Shown here: positions 27,085 through 36,549 of the stretch, in pieces | Numbering within the stretch: position 1 is the stretch's first letter | Layout of the letters: the number at the start of each line of letters is the position of its first letter | NCBI GenBank assembly: GCA_035300645.1 | Contig: DATGVF010000076.1 | Location: 59-64,058 of the forward strand | Source of the DNA: a bacterium | GTDB taxonomy: Bacteria; Sysuimicrobiota; Sysuimicrobiia; Sysuimicrobiales; Kaftiobacteriaceae | DNA length: 64,000 bases | Direction: 5' to 3' | Position numbers and translations under genes: made by a program | The notes under the pieces: generated by a model | What the model was told of the DNA's origin: nothing | Databases searched by the model: none | What the model saw: the letters and a program-made list of their open reading frames with translations, nothing else

Positions 27085-28347
27085 TTACCGCAGAAGGGTC
27101 ACCATCAACGCGAGGTGCTCGGCGAGGTCCCGAGTGATGAGGAATTGTTCGCGGACGTACTCGCGGGCATTGCGGCCCATCTGGGCAGCCTCATCGGGGT
27201 TGTGGAGCAGACGGCGAATGCGGAATGCGCATCCCTCCGCCGAGTTGACCGTGTAGCCGGTGACGCCCCAGATGATCTGCACCGTAATCCCGCCCGCGAA
27301 ACCTCCAATGACGGGTTTGCCTTTCCACATTCCCTCGGCCACGGTGAGACCGAAGCCCTCGCGCGTGGACTTTTGAATGATGACGGTCGCCGCCCGCTGG
27401 AGGGCGTTGATCTCCCGGTGGGCGGTCGGGGGCAGCACGAGCACATGGATGTCCGGATCATCGTTGCGCGCGGTCAGGACCTCGGCTAAGACCTGCGCGC
27501 CTTCCGGGTCATCCTCGGCCGACCCTCCGGCGAGTACCAATCGGCAGTCATCATGCTTTTTCAACAACCGGTAGGCGGTGATGACGCCGAGCGGATCTTT
27601 GAAGTGGTCGAAGCGAGACACCTGCAGCAGGATGGGCTTGTCCTGGGGCACGCCGAGGCGCTGGAGCGTCGCCGTGATCTCCTCGGGGGTGAGGTCGCGG
27701 TTTTTCTCAGAGAGGGGGTCGATGCTCGGATAGATGAGGTATTGGGGAATCGGGAGACGCTGCGCAAACTTCGGTAAGGAGAAGATCGCGGCATCATACT
27801 GCGTGACAAACTGCTGCAAAAACGTCCAGGCGCGGCGTTGTGGTCGCGAGGCGTCGATGTGGCAGCGCCAGACCCACCGTCCGCGCCGCGTGCCATCTGC
27901 TTTGGGTTTGGCAGACGCGATGAGGGCGGCGGGTTGGGGGTCGTGGATGAGCACGACGTCGGCGTCGAGGTTCAGCCGTCGGGCATTTTCCTGATTCGTC
28001 TCCACGTACGTGCGGAGCATCGCATCCGTAAACGATTGGGACTGGCCCTGCAAAGCGTTGTGAAAACTCTTTGTGACCCGGAAGAACTCCTCCGTCCCGC
28101 GGACGACATCCCACCGCGTCGGCACGCCTAACTCTTCAAGCAGCGGCACGTAGCGCTGGAGGAGTTCCGCCACGCCCCCGCCCACCCGCGTGGAGTTAAT
28201 GTGGACCAGCGAGCGGCCGCGGACCCGATCAGCTAGCCGGCGCAAGAGGTCGAGAGTCGAGGCAGGGACGACCGCACGGTAGTCGTCCAAACGCACGGGT
28301 TCGTCCGCGACGCGTTGGCCCGCGGCCTGCCCCTCCGGCATCCTCAC
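27085..28347 (-). CDS. treT: Trehalose glycosyltransferring synthase TreT (GT4; NDP-glucose + glucose to trehalose)
   Basis: VHINSTRVGGGVAELL, LIHDPQPAALIA, WRCHID, REGFGLTVAEGMWKGKPVIGG blocks match archaeal/Thermus-type TreT; 420 aa. Confidence 0.8.
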   Translation of the reverse strand: MRMPEGQAAGQRVADEPVRLDDYRAVVPASTLDLLRRLADRVRGRSLVHINSTRVGGGVAELLQRYVPLLEELGVPTRWDVVRGTEEFFRVTKSFHNALQGQSQSFTDAMLRTYVETNQENARRLNLDADVVLIHDPQPAALIASAKPKADGTRRGRWVWRCHIDASRPQRRAWTFLQQFVTQYDAAIFSLPKFAQRLPIPQYLIYPSIDPLSEKNRDLTPEEITATLQRLGVPQDKPILLQVSRFDHFKDPLGVITAYRLLKKHDDCRLVLAGGSAEDDPEGAQVLAEVLTARNDDPDIHVLVLPPTAHREINALQRAATVIIQKSTREGFGLTVAEGMWKGKPVIGGFAGGITVQIIWGVTGYTVNSAEGCAFRIRRLLHNPDEAAQMGRNAREYVREQFLITRDLAEHLALMVTLLR

Positions 28348-28943
28348 GGGGCGTCTCCCAGGGCGGTATCACAGGCGGTCAGCAGCTGCGCTCGCATGCC
28401 TGCGAGACTGGTCACATACGGATTCAGACGGCGCATCTGAGTCACCACATCGTCCCGCCCGAGCTCAGTCTGGAGCCATGCTAAGGGGTCGGCCTCCGGC
28501 CGGCGGTAGGACTCGTAGAAGTGGTAGTAGATGGCGCTGGTGTCGACCCGTTCTAGCCCATCGCGGAACGCGCGCAGGGTCGTCACCGTGATCCCTGTCG
28601 GCACCTCGATGAGAACCGAGCGCATAAAGTGAAAGGGCTCGCCGTAGTCCGCGCGCGGGACGGTCTGCACGGTCGTGAGGTGGTGGTCGATGATGGTCAC
28701 AAGTTCCGCCCGCAACTGTTCGATGTCCGAGAAATCGAATGGGTCGACCACGGTGAGGCGCTCTCCGAGCACCCGATCGCGGATCTGAATGGCGGCCCAT
28801 GTGGCAAAGTCATTCGGGTAGGGGGCGGCCAAGTACCGGCTGCGGAGGAAGTAACTGCGAGTGTGGTAGGCGATCGATTCTGCAGGGACATCCTCAATGC
28901 CCGCCAGCAATTCGCGCTCGTCCCACGCCGTACGGCCGAGCAT
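28344..28943 (-). CDS. Conserved hypothetical protein, translationally coupled to treT
   Basis: Good GC3 bias; 4-nt overlap with the treT start. Start set at ATG 28943, just after the upstream GH57 stop (ORF open to 29132). Confidence 0.5.
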   Translation of the reverse strand: MLGRTAWDERELLAGIEDVPAESIAYHTRSYFLRSRYLAAPYPNDFATWAAIQIRDRVLGERLTVVDPFDFSDIEQLRAELVTIIDHHLTTVQTVPRADYGEPFHFMRSVLIEVPTGITVTTLRAFRDGLERVDTSAIYYHFYESYRRPEADPLAWLQTELGRDDVVTQMRRLNPYVTSLAGMRAQLLTACDTALGDAP

Positions 28944-28990
28944 CTCGCGGAGCTCCAGGCACTCGACAAACTCAAATGGACGCGCCGCGG

Positions 28991-31387
28991 TCACGGGTGT
29001 GCCTGCAAGATTTCCGCACTCAGGCGGTCCATGTTGAATCCCAGCCGGTCTCCGAGGGTGCGTAGCTGCGGGCCCGCGTCCTGGGCGCGGGCCGTTCGCA
29101 GAAGGCGATAGAAGCGGTTTTGCGCCTCCCACAGATCCAGGGTCAACTCCGCCGCGGCGGCCAGGTCCAAGACCTCGGTGGCCCGTTGGAGGCGGGTGGA
29201 GATGGGCAGGGGGCTGGAGAGGATCTCCTCGAGGCGCTGGCGGAGTAGGGGCTCGAACCGGTCCGCGCGCACTTCGCGTCCCCAGGAGCGGAGTTCGCTA
29301 ACCAGCGTATGAGTCTTCGGCGACAAGGGCTGGTCCGCGGGGGTGGAGAGCTCATCTTCTAAGTCATGGGTCAAGACAGCGACGGCGGCCATGACGATGG
29401 CCGGGGGAATCGGGGCATGCGCGTCCCGCAGGTACTCCATGAGCGTACGATTCTCTTGGTAGACACGTCGATATGTGCCGTCTAGCACCTGCAGTTGCTG
29501 TGCGGTGAGCGCGGCCAGCACGCGCCGGCGGTCGTCCAACAGCAGGTCTCGAAGCGTGAAGTACCCGGGTCCCAGCGCGGTGTCCAAAGTGCGAATCACT
29601 TCGCTAAGCACATCACGGCCGAACTGGCGCAGGAGAGTGGTCCGTAACGCTGCGTAGCGCTCGGCGGGGACTCCCACCTGCACGACGCAGTGAAACTCGT
29701 GGCCCCCGAAGTGGACGACCGCATAGGCGGCTTCTTGGTCTCCCGTGACCACCCATGTCACGCGGATGCGCCCGATCACGAGGACGTGGCCACTGGCTTC
29801 GGTCCGATCCGCGTCAAGCTGACGGATCGTGACCGCTGGCGTGGCAATGTGCACCGACGGCTCGACAATCGAGCGGATAGCATGTGTTGCCACGAGCCGC
29901 GTGGCGGGAACGGCCTGCGGCCGCACGAGTTGTTCGTACACCACCGCGCCGTCCGGATACGCCGTCGTGTTCCCGGGCGCCCCCCGCAGCCGCCCGACGT
30001 AAGGCTGCTCCAGTGTGTCATCCCAGGCACTGGCGAGGTCTATCGCACGGGACGCGTGTGTCAGGATCTGGACCGTCTCCCCCCCGGCGACGTCGTTGAA
30101 GAACCAGCCGTCGCTGCTCTGCATTAGCATTCCCTGGCGCTGCATTTCCAGCAGCCGAAGCGCAGTACTGCGTTGCTCCGTGGAGAGCTTGGTCGCAGCG
30201 TGCCGACCGAAGAAGGCTTCCAGCGCGCCGGGCTCGGGATCGATGAGGTCGATGGCGTCATCCCGCGCCGCCCAGGGGTCTTTGAGCAGCGCGCTTCCGT
30301 GTTGCTCGTACAGGCGGTCCAGCTCCTGCTTCAGCCACGTCATGGCCTCGCGCACAGGCGCCCGCCACCGCTGATGCGTGTTGGGGTCAGTGCGGTCCCC
30401 ACAGTCTGCGCGCCACCGCTCGACCCCATGCGGGCAACTCCACGATGTGCGCTCGCGGATGTCAACTTCTCCTGTGGGCGGGTGCATCGCGAGATAGGCC
30501 CCCAAGTTGGTCAGGCGGACCGCACCGTCGGCGGTCAGCCCCTGCAGCGCCGAGGCGAGCGCCATCTCGCCGAAACGGTGGTGGTGACCATAGGATTCGC
30601 CGTCAGTGGCGACGGCGCGGATGCGGGCGCCCCCATCGGGTAAGGGCGCTGCGAGCCTCTGGGCGAGGGCGGCACCGTCATTGAGGAGGCCTTCGAAGGC
30701 GATCGCCCGCGAGACGCTTGCGTCGTAGAAGAAGATGACAATCGATCGCCCACTGGGTAGACGGCACCGGTACGGGACCGTCGTGTCGAACTGTCCGTCG
30801 TGGACCTCGGTCCAGGGGCTTTCCGGGCTGCTGCGAACTCGTCCCGCTTGATGGGGGGCTAGAATGGTGAACGTCACGCGTTGGGCGGCCAGCACCTCCA
30901 ACGTGGGCACGTCGACCGCGGTCTCCGACAGCCACATTCCTTCTGGCTGGCGGCGGAATCGGCGCGCAAAGTCCTTGATGCCCCAGACGACTTGAGTGAC
31001 CTGATCCCGAGGAGACGTCAGGGGCATGATCACGTGGCTGTAGACCTGCGCCATGGCGTTGCCGTGTCCGAACTGCGCCTGCCGGCTGGTCCGATCCGCC
31101 TCCAGGATCGCCGCGTAGACCTCGGGGCTCTGACGCGCGAGCCACCGCAGCAACGTCGGACCGACATTGAAACTGATGCTGGCGTAGGTGCTGATGATGC
31201 GCACGATGCGCTTGGCGTCGTCGAGGATGCGCGCAGCTGCGTTGCGCGCGTAGCATTCGGCGGTCACGCGCTCATTCCAGTCGTGGTAGGGTGCGGCAGC
31301 CTCTGCGGGCGGGACGGCGTCAAGCCAGGGGTTTTCTCTGGCGGGTTGGTAAAAGTGTCCGTGGACGCAAACCCAGTGTGAGCTCAT
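28991..31387 (-). CDS. GH57-family protein with a long C-terminal extension (GH57 plus DUF3536-type architecture)
   Basis: N-terminal VHGHFYQPARENPWL signature, 798 aa. Confidence 0.75.
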   Translation of the reverse strand: MSSHWVCVHGHFYQPARENPWLDAVPPAEAAAPYHDWNERVTAECYARNAAARILDDAKRIVRIISTYASISFNVGPTLLRWLARQSPEVYAAILEADRTSRQAQFGHGNAMAQVYSHVIMPLTSPRDQVTQVVWGIKDFARRFRRQPEGMWLSETAVDVPTLEVLAAQRVTFTILAPHQAGRVRSSPESPWTEVHDGQFDTTVPYRCRLPSGRSIVIFFYDASVSRAIAFEGLLNDGAALAQRLAAPLPDGGARIRAVATDGESYGHHHRFGEMALASALQGLTADGAVRLTNLGAYLAMHPPTGEVDIRERTSWSCPHGVERWRADCGDRTDPNTHQRWRAPVREAMTWLKQELDRLYEQHGSALLKDPWAARDDAIDLIDPEPGALEAFFGRHAATKLSTEQRSTALRLLEMQRQGMLMQSSDGWFFNDVAGGETVQILTHASRAIDLASAWDDTLEQPYVGRLRGAPGNTTAYPDGAVVYEQLVRPQAVPATRLVATHAIRSIVEPSVHIATPAVTIRQLDADRTEASGHVLVIGRIRVTWVVTGDQEAAYAVVHFGGHEFHCVVQVGVPAERYAALRTTLLRQFGRDVLSEVIRTLDTALGPGYFTLRDLLLDDRRRVLAALTAQQLQVLDGTYRRVYQENRTLMEYLRDAHAPIPPAIVMAAVAVLTHDLEDELSTPADQPLSPKTHTLVSELRSWGREVRADRFEPLLRQRLEEILSSPLPISTRLQRATEVLDLAAAAELTLDLWEAQNRFYRLLRTARAQDAGPQLRTLGDRLGFNMDRLSAEILQAHP

Positions 31388-31450
31388 CTCAGGCCGCCCC
31401 AGGGTGACAGCCCGACCAGCGCAGGGGGGCGTCGGCAGTCGGGGGCGTCC

Positions 31451-32659
31451 TCATTCCCGCGCGCGCGTGGGTCCCCTCGGCAGTACCGTGATCCCCGCTT
31501 CTCCGGCGCTCCCGTCGACGCCGAGACGCGTTCCGTTCTCGATGACGTTGTAGCGGTCGGCGATCACCCGTCGCAGCCGTGCCCCGGCGCCCACGACCGT
31601 GTGGTCGAGGAGGACCGACTCGTCCACAACCGCTCCCGGCAACAGGCGGACATCCCGTCCGAGGATTGACCGGCGCACGGTGGCGCCGTCGATGATGGAC
31701 CCTTCGCCGAGCTGGCAATCCACGATTGTCCCATCGACGATGCGTGCGGAGGGGCCGCGGTAGGGGGCCGTGTGGATGGGCCAGGACCGATTGGCCAGTT
31801 CGAACTTGGGCGTGCGCCCGAGCAAGTCCATGTGCGCCTGCCAATACGCCTCAATCGTTCCGACGTCGCGCCAGTACCCGACTTCCTCGTAGGGCTGGAT
31901 CCCTGGGAGGGCATTGTCCAGAAAGTTGTACGCATACACGCGCGTGTGGGGGACAAGTTCAGGCAGAATGGTGCGACCAAAATCATGGTCGGTGCTGCGT
32001 CGGGCATCTTCGATCAACGCGTCCACCAACACCTCACGCGTGAAGAGGTAGTTGCCCATGGAGGCGAGACACCGGGTCGGATCCCCCGGCATCGGCGTGG
32101 GAGACGCGGGCTTTTCTTCAAACCGCACGATCCGACCGTCCGCCTCTGTGGCGATGATCCCAAAACTGCTGGCTTGGCTCACCGGCACAGGGAGAGCGGC
32201 CACGGTAATGTCGGCCCGGCGCTCCTGCGCGAACGCCAGCATCTGCGTGATGTCCATGCGGTAGATGTGGTCGGACCCAAAGATGGCGACCATGTCCGGA
32301 GCGAAGTCTAGCAGCAGGTTCAGGTTTTGGTACACGGCATCGGCCGTGCCCTGGTACCACGTCTCGCCCCACCGCATCTGCGGGGGGACAACGATGACGA
32401 AGTGGTCCGGCAGCCCCCCCAAGCGCCAGGCGTTGCGCAGATGTTCGATCAGTGACTGGGCTTTGTATTGGACCAGGACATACAGCGCGTAGACGCCCGA
32501 GTTGACGAAGTTGGACAAGACGAAATCGATGATTCGGTATTTGCCGCCAAAGGGCACGGCGGGTTTTCCCCGCTCACGGGTGAGCGGGTATAGCCGTTCG
32601 CCTTTGCCGCCGGCGAGGATGAAGGCCAGGACACGCGGACGGGTCATCGAGGCCGTCAC
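31451..32659 (-). CDS. glgC: Glucose-1-phosphate adenylyltransferase
   Basis: ILAGGKGERLYPLTRERGKPAVPFGGKYRIIDFVLSN N-terminus plus C-terminal left-handed beta-helix. Start may be ATG 32647. Confidence 0.9.
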   Translation of the reverse strand: MTASMTRPRVLAFILAGGKGERLYPLTRERGKPAVPFGGKYRIIDFVLSNFVNSGVYALYVLVQYKAQSLIEHLRNAWRLGGLPDHFVIVVPPQMRWGETWYQGTADAVYQNLNLLLDFAPDMVAIFGSDHIYRMDITQMLAFAQERRADITVAALPVPVSQASSFGIIATEADGRIVRFEEKPASPTPMPGDPTRCLASMGNYLFTREVLVDALIEDARRSTDHDFGRTILPELVPHTRVYAYNFLDNALPGIQPYEEVGYWRDVGTIEAYWQAHMDLLGRTPKFELANRSWPIHTAPYRGPSARIVDGTIVDCQLGEGSIIDGATVRRSILGRDVRLLPGAVVDESVLLDHTVVGAGARLRRVIADRYNVIENGTRLGVDGSAGEAGITVLPRGPTRARE

Positions 32660-34368
32660 GCCGCGGTGGTGCGGGAGGCCTCCACGACATGCGTCAGCAC
32701 GTCAGGGAACACAAAGTTTTGCGCTTCACGGGCTGCCAGGAATTCCTCATCCCCCGCAGGCATCGTTCCTCCGGATGCGACATGATGGAGCATCTGCGCG
32801 AGGCGGGTAAACGTCGCATAGTGCTCGGCGACGCGGGCCTCGGCGTAGTCGCGCGCGGCCCACGTCGTAATCAAGAACTGCCAGTCCGACGCCTGCAGCA
32901 AGAGCAGTTCGCGAGCGAGTTGGCTGAGAAGGCGCCGGCCGGACTCGCTGGCTCGCATGTTGGGTTGCTTGGCTAGGGTCCAGAACTCGTCCTCGGCTCC
33001 GTACACCCGTTCCCACGTCCACTCTGTCTCGTGGTTTAACCAGACCCGGTGATCGCCGCCTTCTCCCCACGACCCTTCAAGGAGGGTCGTCGTCTCTTGT
33101 GGGGGGCGGGCTTGGAGCGCAGTGACACAGTCCTGCGGCACAATACCGGCCTGCGGCAAGCGGGCGAAGACTTCCTGCAGCCAGCGGGGACCTTCAAACC
33201 ACCAATGCCCAAACAACTCCGTGTCGTAGGGGCTGCACACGATCGCCTGCGGTCCATCGGGGGCCGCCGCGAGCACGCGGTGCAAGAGATCGGTAAAGTG
33301 TTCAGCGTGTGCGCGGGTCTGCTCCTGGGCCCGAGTTGGATCGTAAGGGAGTTTGGCGCCCAGATCGGTCTTCGCCTCGGTGACCCGCCAATAGCGCAGT
33401 CCTCCGGGGAAGTGTTTCTTGTGAAACTCGAGGTACCACCCATCGCCTGGGTAACCCCGTTCTCGGCTCCAGACCTGTAGGGTCGTCTCGGGATCCCGCA
33501 CGAATGCGGCGGCGCTTCCTCCTCCTCCACGGGACGCGATGAGGTACGGCCGGTATGGCGAGCGATCGGGTCGATAGGAGGGGGGTTGAGGACCGGGCAC
33601 TAAGTGCAGCGCCGGGTAATAATCACGGTACGCGGACAGCGGACTTCCGCCGCGCATCAGGTGCGTATCGGTGATGAAAAACTTGATGCCGAACTGGGCC
33701 AAGAATTCTTCGATCCCGCGGCGGCGGAGATGGACGCGGCCCTTGTGGGGACCGACAGGCGGCGTCCACTCGTAGCGGGGGCGGTACCCGCACTCCGGTA
33801 ACCAGATGCCTCCCGGAGGTCGGCCAAAGTGCCGCTGATGTGTGGCCACGGCGACGCGCAACTGCAAGTCCACCGACTCTTCGCGGCTGAGAAGCGGCAG
33901 GTACCCGTGGGTGGCCGCGCAGGTGATGAGGGTCAGGTGCCCTTCATCAGCGAGGTGGCGGAAGCGGCCGAGCAGATCTCCATTGAGACGTTCGAACTGC
34001 TCGAGCCGGTCGCGATAGAGACGTTCCCACCCCGTGGCGAGGTTGGCCAGATCCCCCCGTCCTGCGGCTTCAAACTCCGTGCGGTTCTCCCGGGCTGACT
34101 GGATGCGGGCTCGCAAGTAGTCGTCGAATTCGGTGCGAAACGCGGCCGAGGCAAGTTGCTCAGCCAAGACCGGGGAGATATCGATCGTCATGTGGGGCGA
34201 GATGCCGGAAGCAGTGAGCGCAGTGGCGGCGTCCAGCAGGGGGAGGTAGCATCCGACCGCCACTTCCATCAGCCAGTCGCTCCCGTGCGGCCATTTCCCA
34301 TGTCCTATGACAAAGGGGAGATGCGAATGCAGGACGAGGGCAAAGTAGCCGATGGGTTGCGCCGCCAC
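32656..34368 (-). CDS. GH57-family 1,4-alpha-glucan branching enzyme
   Basis: FALVLHSHLPFV N-terminal signature of GH57 branching enzymes; 570 aa; GTG start with a strong GAAGGAG RBS. Confidence 0.8.
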   Translation of the reverse strand: MAAQPIGYFALVLHSHLPFVIGHGKWPHGSDWLMEVAVGCYLPLLDAATALTASGISPHMTIDISPVLAEQLASAAFRTEFDDYLRARIQSARENRTEFEAAGRGDLANLATGWERLYRDRLEQFERLNGDLLGRFRHLADEGHLTLITCAATHGYLPLLSREESVDLQLRVAVATHQRHFGRPPGGIWLPECGYRPRYEWTPPVGPHKGRVHLRRRGIEEFLAQFGIKFFITDTHLMRGGSPLSAYRDYYPALHLVPGPQPPSYRPDRSPYRPYLIASRGGGGSAAAFVRDPETTLQVWSRERGYPGDGWYLEFHKKHFPGGLRYWRVTEAKTDLGAKLPYDPTRAQEQTRAHAEHFTDLLHRVLAAAPDGPQAIVCSPYDTELFGHWWFEGPRWLQEVFARLPQAGIVPQDCVTALQARPPQETTTLLEGSWGEGGDHRVWLNHETEWTWERVYGAEDEFWTLAKQPNMRASESGRRLLSQLARELLLLQASDWQFLITTWAARDYAEARVAEHYATFTRLAQMLHHVASGGTMPAGDEEFLAAREAQNFVFPDVLTHVVEASRTTAA

Positions 34369-34484
34369 CTAAGGCTCCTTCATTTGGGGGAATCCGTGCT
34401 GACCCTTTCGCTACCCATCATGGGATTACCCCTACAAATGAGGTTGTCAGAAAGGGAGCGGGCCGCCGGAGCTGGCGCAGCGGA

Positions 34485-35402
34485 TTAGCGCGCGATCCGG
34501 CACCATTCCACCGTCGTCCGCAGACCGTCCACCAGTGGAGTGGTGGGCGTCCATCCCAACCATTGCGCCGCGTGAGACGGGTCGATCGCAATCCGATAGA
34601 CTTCGCCGGGACGCGGAGCAGCATGCAGCGGGTCGCCCTGAAAGCCGCTGAGCGCGGCGAGGTGGCGCGCGATATCGTTGACCGATGTTTCCACGCCGGT
34701 GCCGATATTCACCAATCCGGACGTCGGAACTGCGGTCGCCAGGAGATTGGCCCGCGCGACGTCTTCGACGAAAACGAAGTCGCGCGTCTGTGTGCCGTCT
34801 CCGAAGATCGTCGGTGCCCGCCCATCGAGCATCGCCGCGGCGAAAATCGCAATGACACCAGCCTCCCCGTGGGGATCCTGCCGCGGACCGTAGACGTTGG
34901 CGTAGCGCAAGATGGCCCACGTCACCCCGGCCCCTTGAAAGTACCGCACATAGTACTCGCCGGCGAGCTTGCTAATCCCATAGGGCGAGAGGGGAGTCGC
35001 GGGGTGATCTTCTGTGGCAGGCAGGGCGCATGGCTCGCCGTAAATCGCGCCTCCGGTCGATGCAAAGACGATGCGGCGTACGCGGTGTTGCGCGCACAGG
35101 GTCAGGAGGTGCAGAGTGCCCAGCACGTTGACGTCCGCATCCGCCCGGGGATCGGCGACTGAGGCGACGACCGACGCCTGCGCCGCATGGTGGTTGACGA
35201 CCTCGGGCCGTTCGCGTTCGAAGACGTCACGAAGGCGCGGGGCCCGGAGATCTACCTCATATAGGCGCGCGGAGGAGTTGACGTGGTCGCGCTGACCCCT
35301 CGTGAGGTTGTCCACCACGGCGACCTGGTGGCCGGCGGCGATGTAGGCGTCGACGACATGCGAGCCGATGAACCCGGCCCCTCCCGTGACAAGGACTTTC
35401 AT
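34485..35402 (-). CDS. NAD-dependent sugar epimerase/dehydratase (UDP-glucose 4-epimerase-like SDR)
   Basis: MKVLVTGGAGFIGSH Rossmann motif, YxxxK-type SDR, 305 aa. Confidence 0.8.
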   Translation of the reverse strand: MKVLVTGGAGFIGSHVVDAYIAAGHQVAVVDNLTRGQRDHVNSSARLYEVDLRAPRLRDVFERERPEVVNHHAAQASVVASVADPRADADVNVLGTLHLLTLCAQHRVRRIVFASTGGAIYGEPCALPATEDHPATPLSPYGISKLAGEYYVRYFQGAGVTWAILRYANVYGPRQDPHGEAGVIAIFAAAMLDGRAPTIFGDGTQTRDFVFVEDVARANLLATAVPTSGLVNIGTGVETSVNDIARHLAALSGFQGDPLHAAPRPGEVYRIAIDPSHAAQWLGWTPTTPLVDGLRTTVEWCRIAR

Positions 35403-35485
35403 TAGTACAGCCCCCCTTGGGAGTCCGGCTCACTCCTGCCGGAGTGCGATGAGTCCACGGTACAACATATGCGGAGACCGGAAGG

Positions 35486-36025
35486 TTACCGAGGAGGGCC
35501 GGACTGCGGGCCTCTATTCCCGAATACCTCGAGCCGTCCGTTCGGAATCGTCCACACTTCTCCGCTGGATGTCCGGATCTGGATCGTTCGGATGCCGACC
35601 CGTTCCACGGTCCCCGTGTGCGTTTCGTAGGTGATGACATCGCCAACGTGGACCAGACCCTCCGAGAGGAGAGCGATCCCCGCCAGCACGTCGCGGACCA
35701 GATGCTGCGCGCCCAGACCGAATGCCAAACCCACGACCCCTGCGCTAGCAAGAATTGCCGTGACGTCCACGTTCAGGCGTTGCAGGATTATGATGAAGGC
35801 CGTGAAGTACACCACAAACCGGACCGCCCTCTCCACTAGTGGCTCCAATGTCTGCCAGCGCATTTCGTCCATGAGCCGGGCGGCAGGCGCCCGTAGCGTC
35901 CGGCGGATTAGGACCCCCGACAGACGTAGGGCCACTGCGGCGCCGATGAGGATCAGGGCGATCGTTCCCACAGGGTCGAGCCAGCGGATGGCGTCGCGCA
36001 GGGCAGCCCACCGATCGGCGCTCAT
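35486..36025 (-). CDS. Short MscS-family mechanosensitive channel protein (lacks the C-terminal alpha-beta domain)
   Basis: Pore-helix region GVVGLAFGLGAQHLVRDVLAGIALL plus a beta-domain GDVITYETHTGTVERVGIRTIQIRT; only 179 aa. Confidence 0.6.
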   Translation of the reverse strand: MSADRWAALRDAIRWLDPVGTIALILIGAAVALRLSGVLIRRTLRAPAARLMDEMRWQTLEPLVERAVRFVVYFTAFIIILQRLNVDVTAILASAGVVGLAFGLGAQHLVRDVLAGIALLSEGLVHVGDVITYETHTGTVERVGIRTIQIRTSSGEVWTIPNGRLEVFGNRGPQSGPPR

Positions 36026-36104
36026 GACGTGCTTGGGACGTGGACACGACGTATCGCGCGAGATGCCGATCGCATCGGACTGATGCGGGCAGGAGTCGTG
36101 CGCT

Positions 36105-36464
36105 TCATGACCGGCGGCGACGAAACGAGCGCGGGGGAGGCGGGACGGGCGCCGGGGCGGCGGGCCGCCGCCGCGGACGGTGTTGCGTCACGAACTGGGC
36201 CGCGGTGGTGACGCCCTCGAGCGGTACGGTCCCGAGCCGCCAGCGGATGGCGCGGATCACTTCGCCGCGCGTCATTTCAGGGACCGGACGCGGGGAGATC
36301 TTCCAGGGGCGTGATTTCTCCAGCAACGCCAGGAGCTGTCGCTGCACCTGCATCGGCAACTGGACGGAGGCGACTTTCACCTGTTCGCGCAATTCACGCA
36401 GTCGCCGGATTTCCGATCCTGATAACCGCGTCGTCCCGCGGGGAAACGGGAGGTCACTCACCAC
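36105..36464 (-). CDS. Hypothetical small basic protein (Pro/Arg-rich C-terminus)
   Basis: 119 aa, strong GC3 bias; no recognisable motif. Confidence 0.35.
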   Translation of the reverse strand: MVSDLPFPRGTTRLSGSEIRRLRELREQVKVASVQLPMQVQRQLLALLEKSRPWKISPRPVPEMTRGEVIRAIRWRLGTVPLEGVTTAAQFVTQHRPRRRPAAPAPVPPPPRSFRRRRS

Positions 36465-36549
36465 CGTGTAGTTCGCCTTGGGGGAGGTTGTCTACCTGTC
36501 GGTCCTGTGGGCAGGTGTTGCCTACGCATCGGCGAAGGGGAGCACCGTG

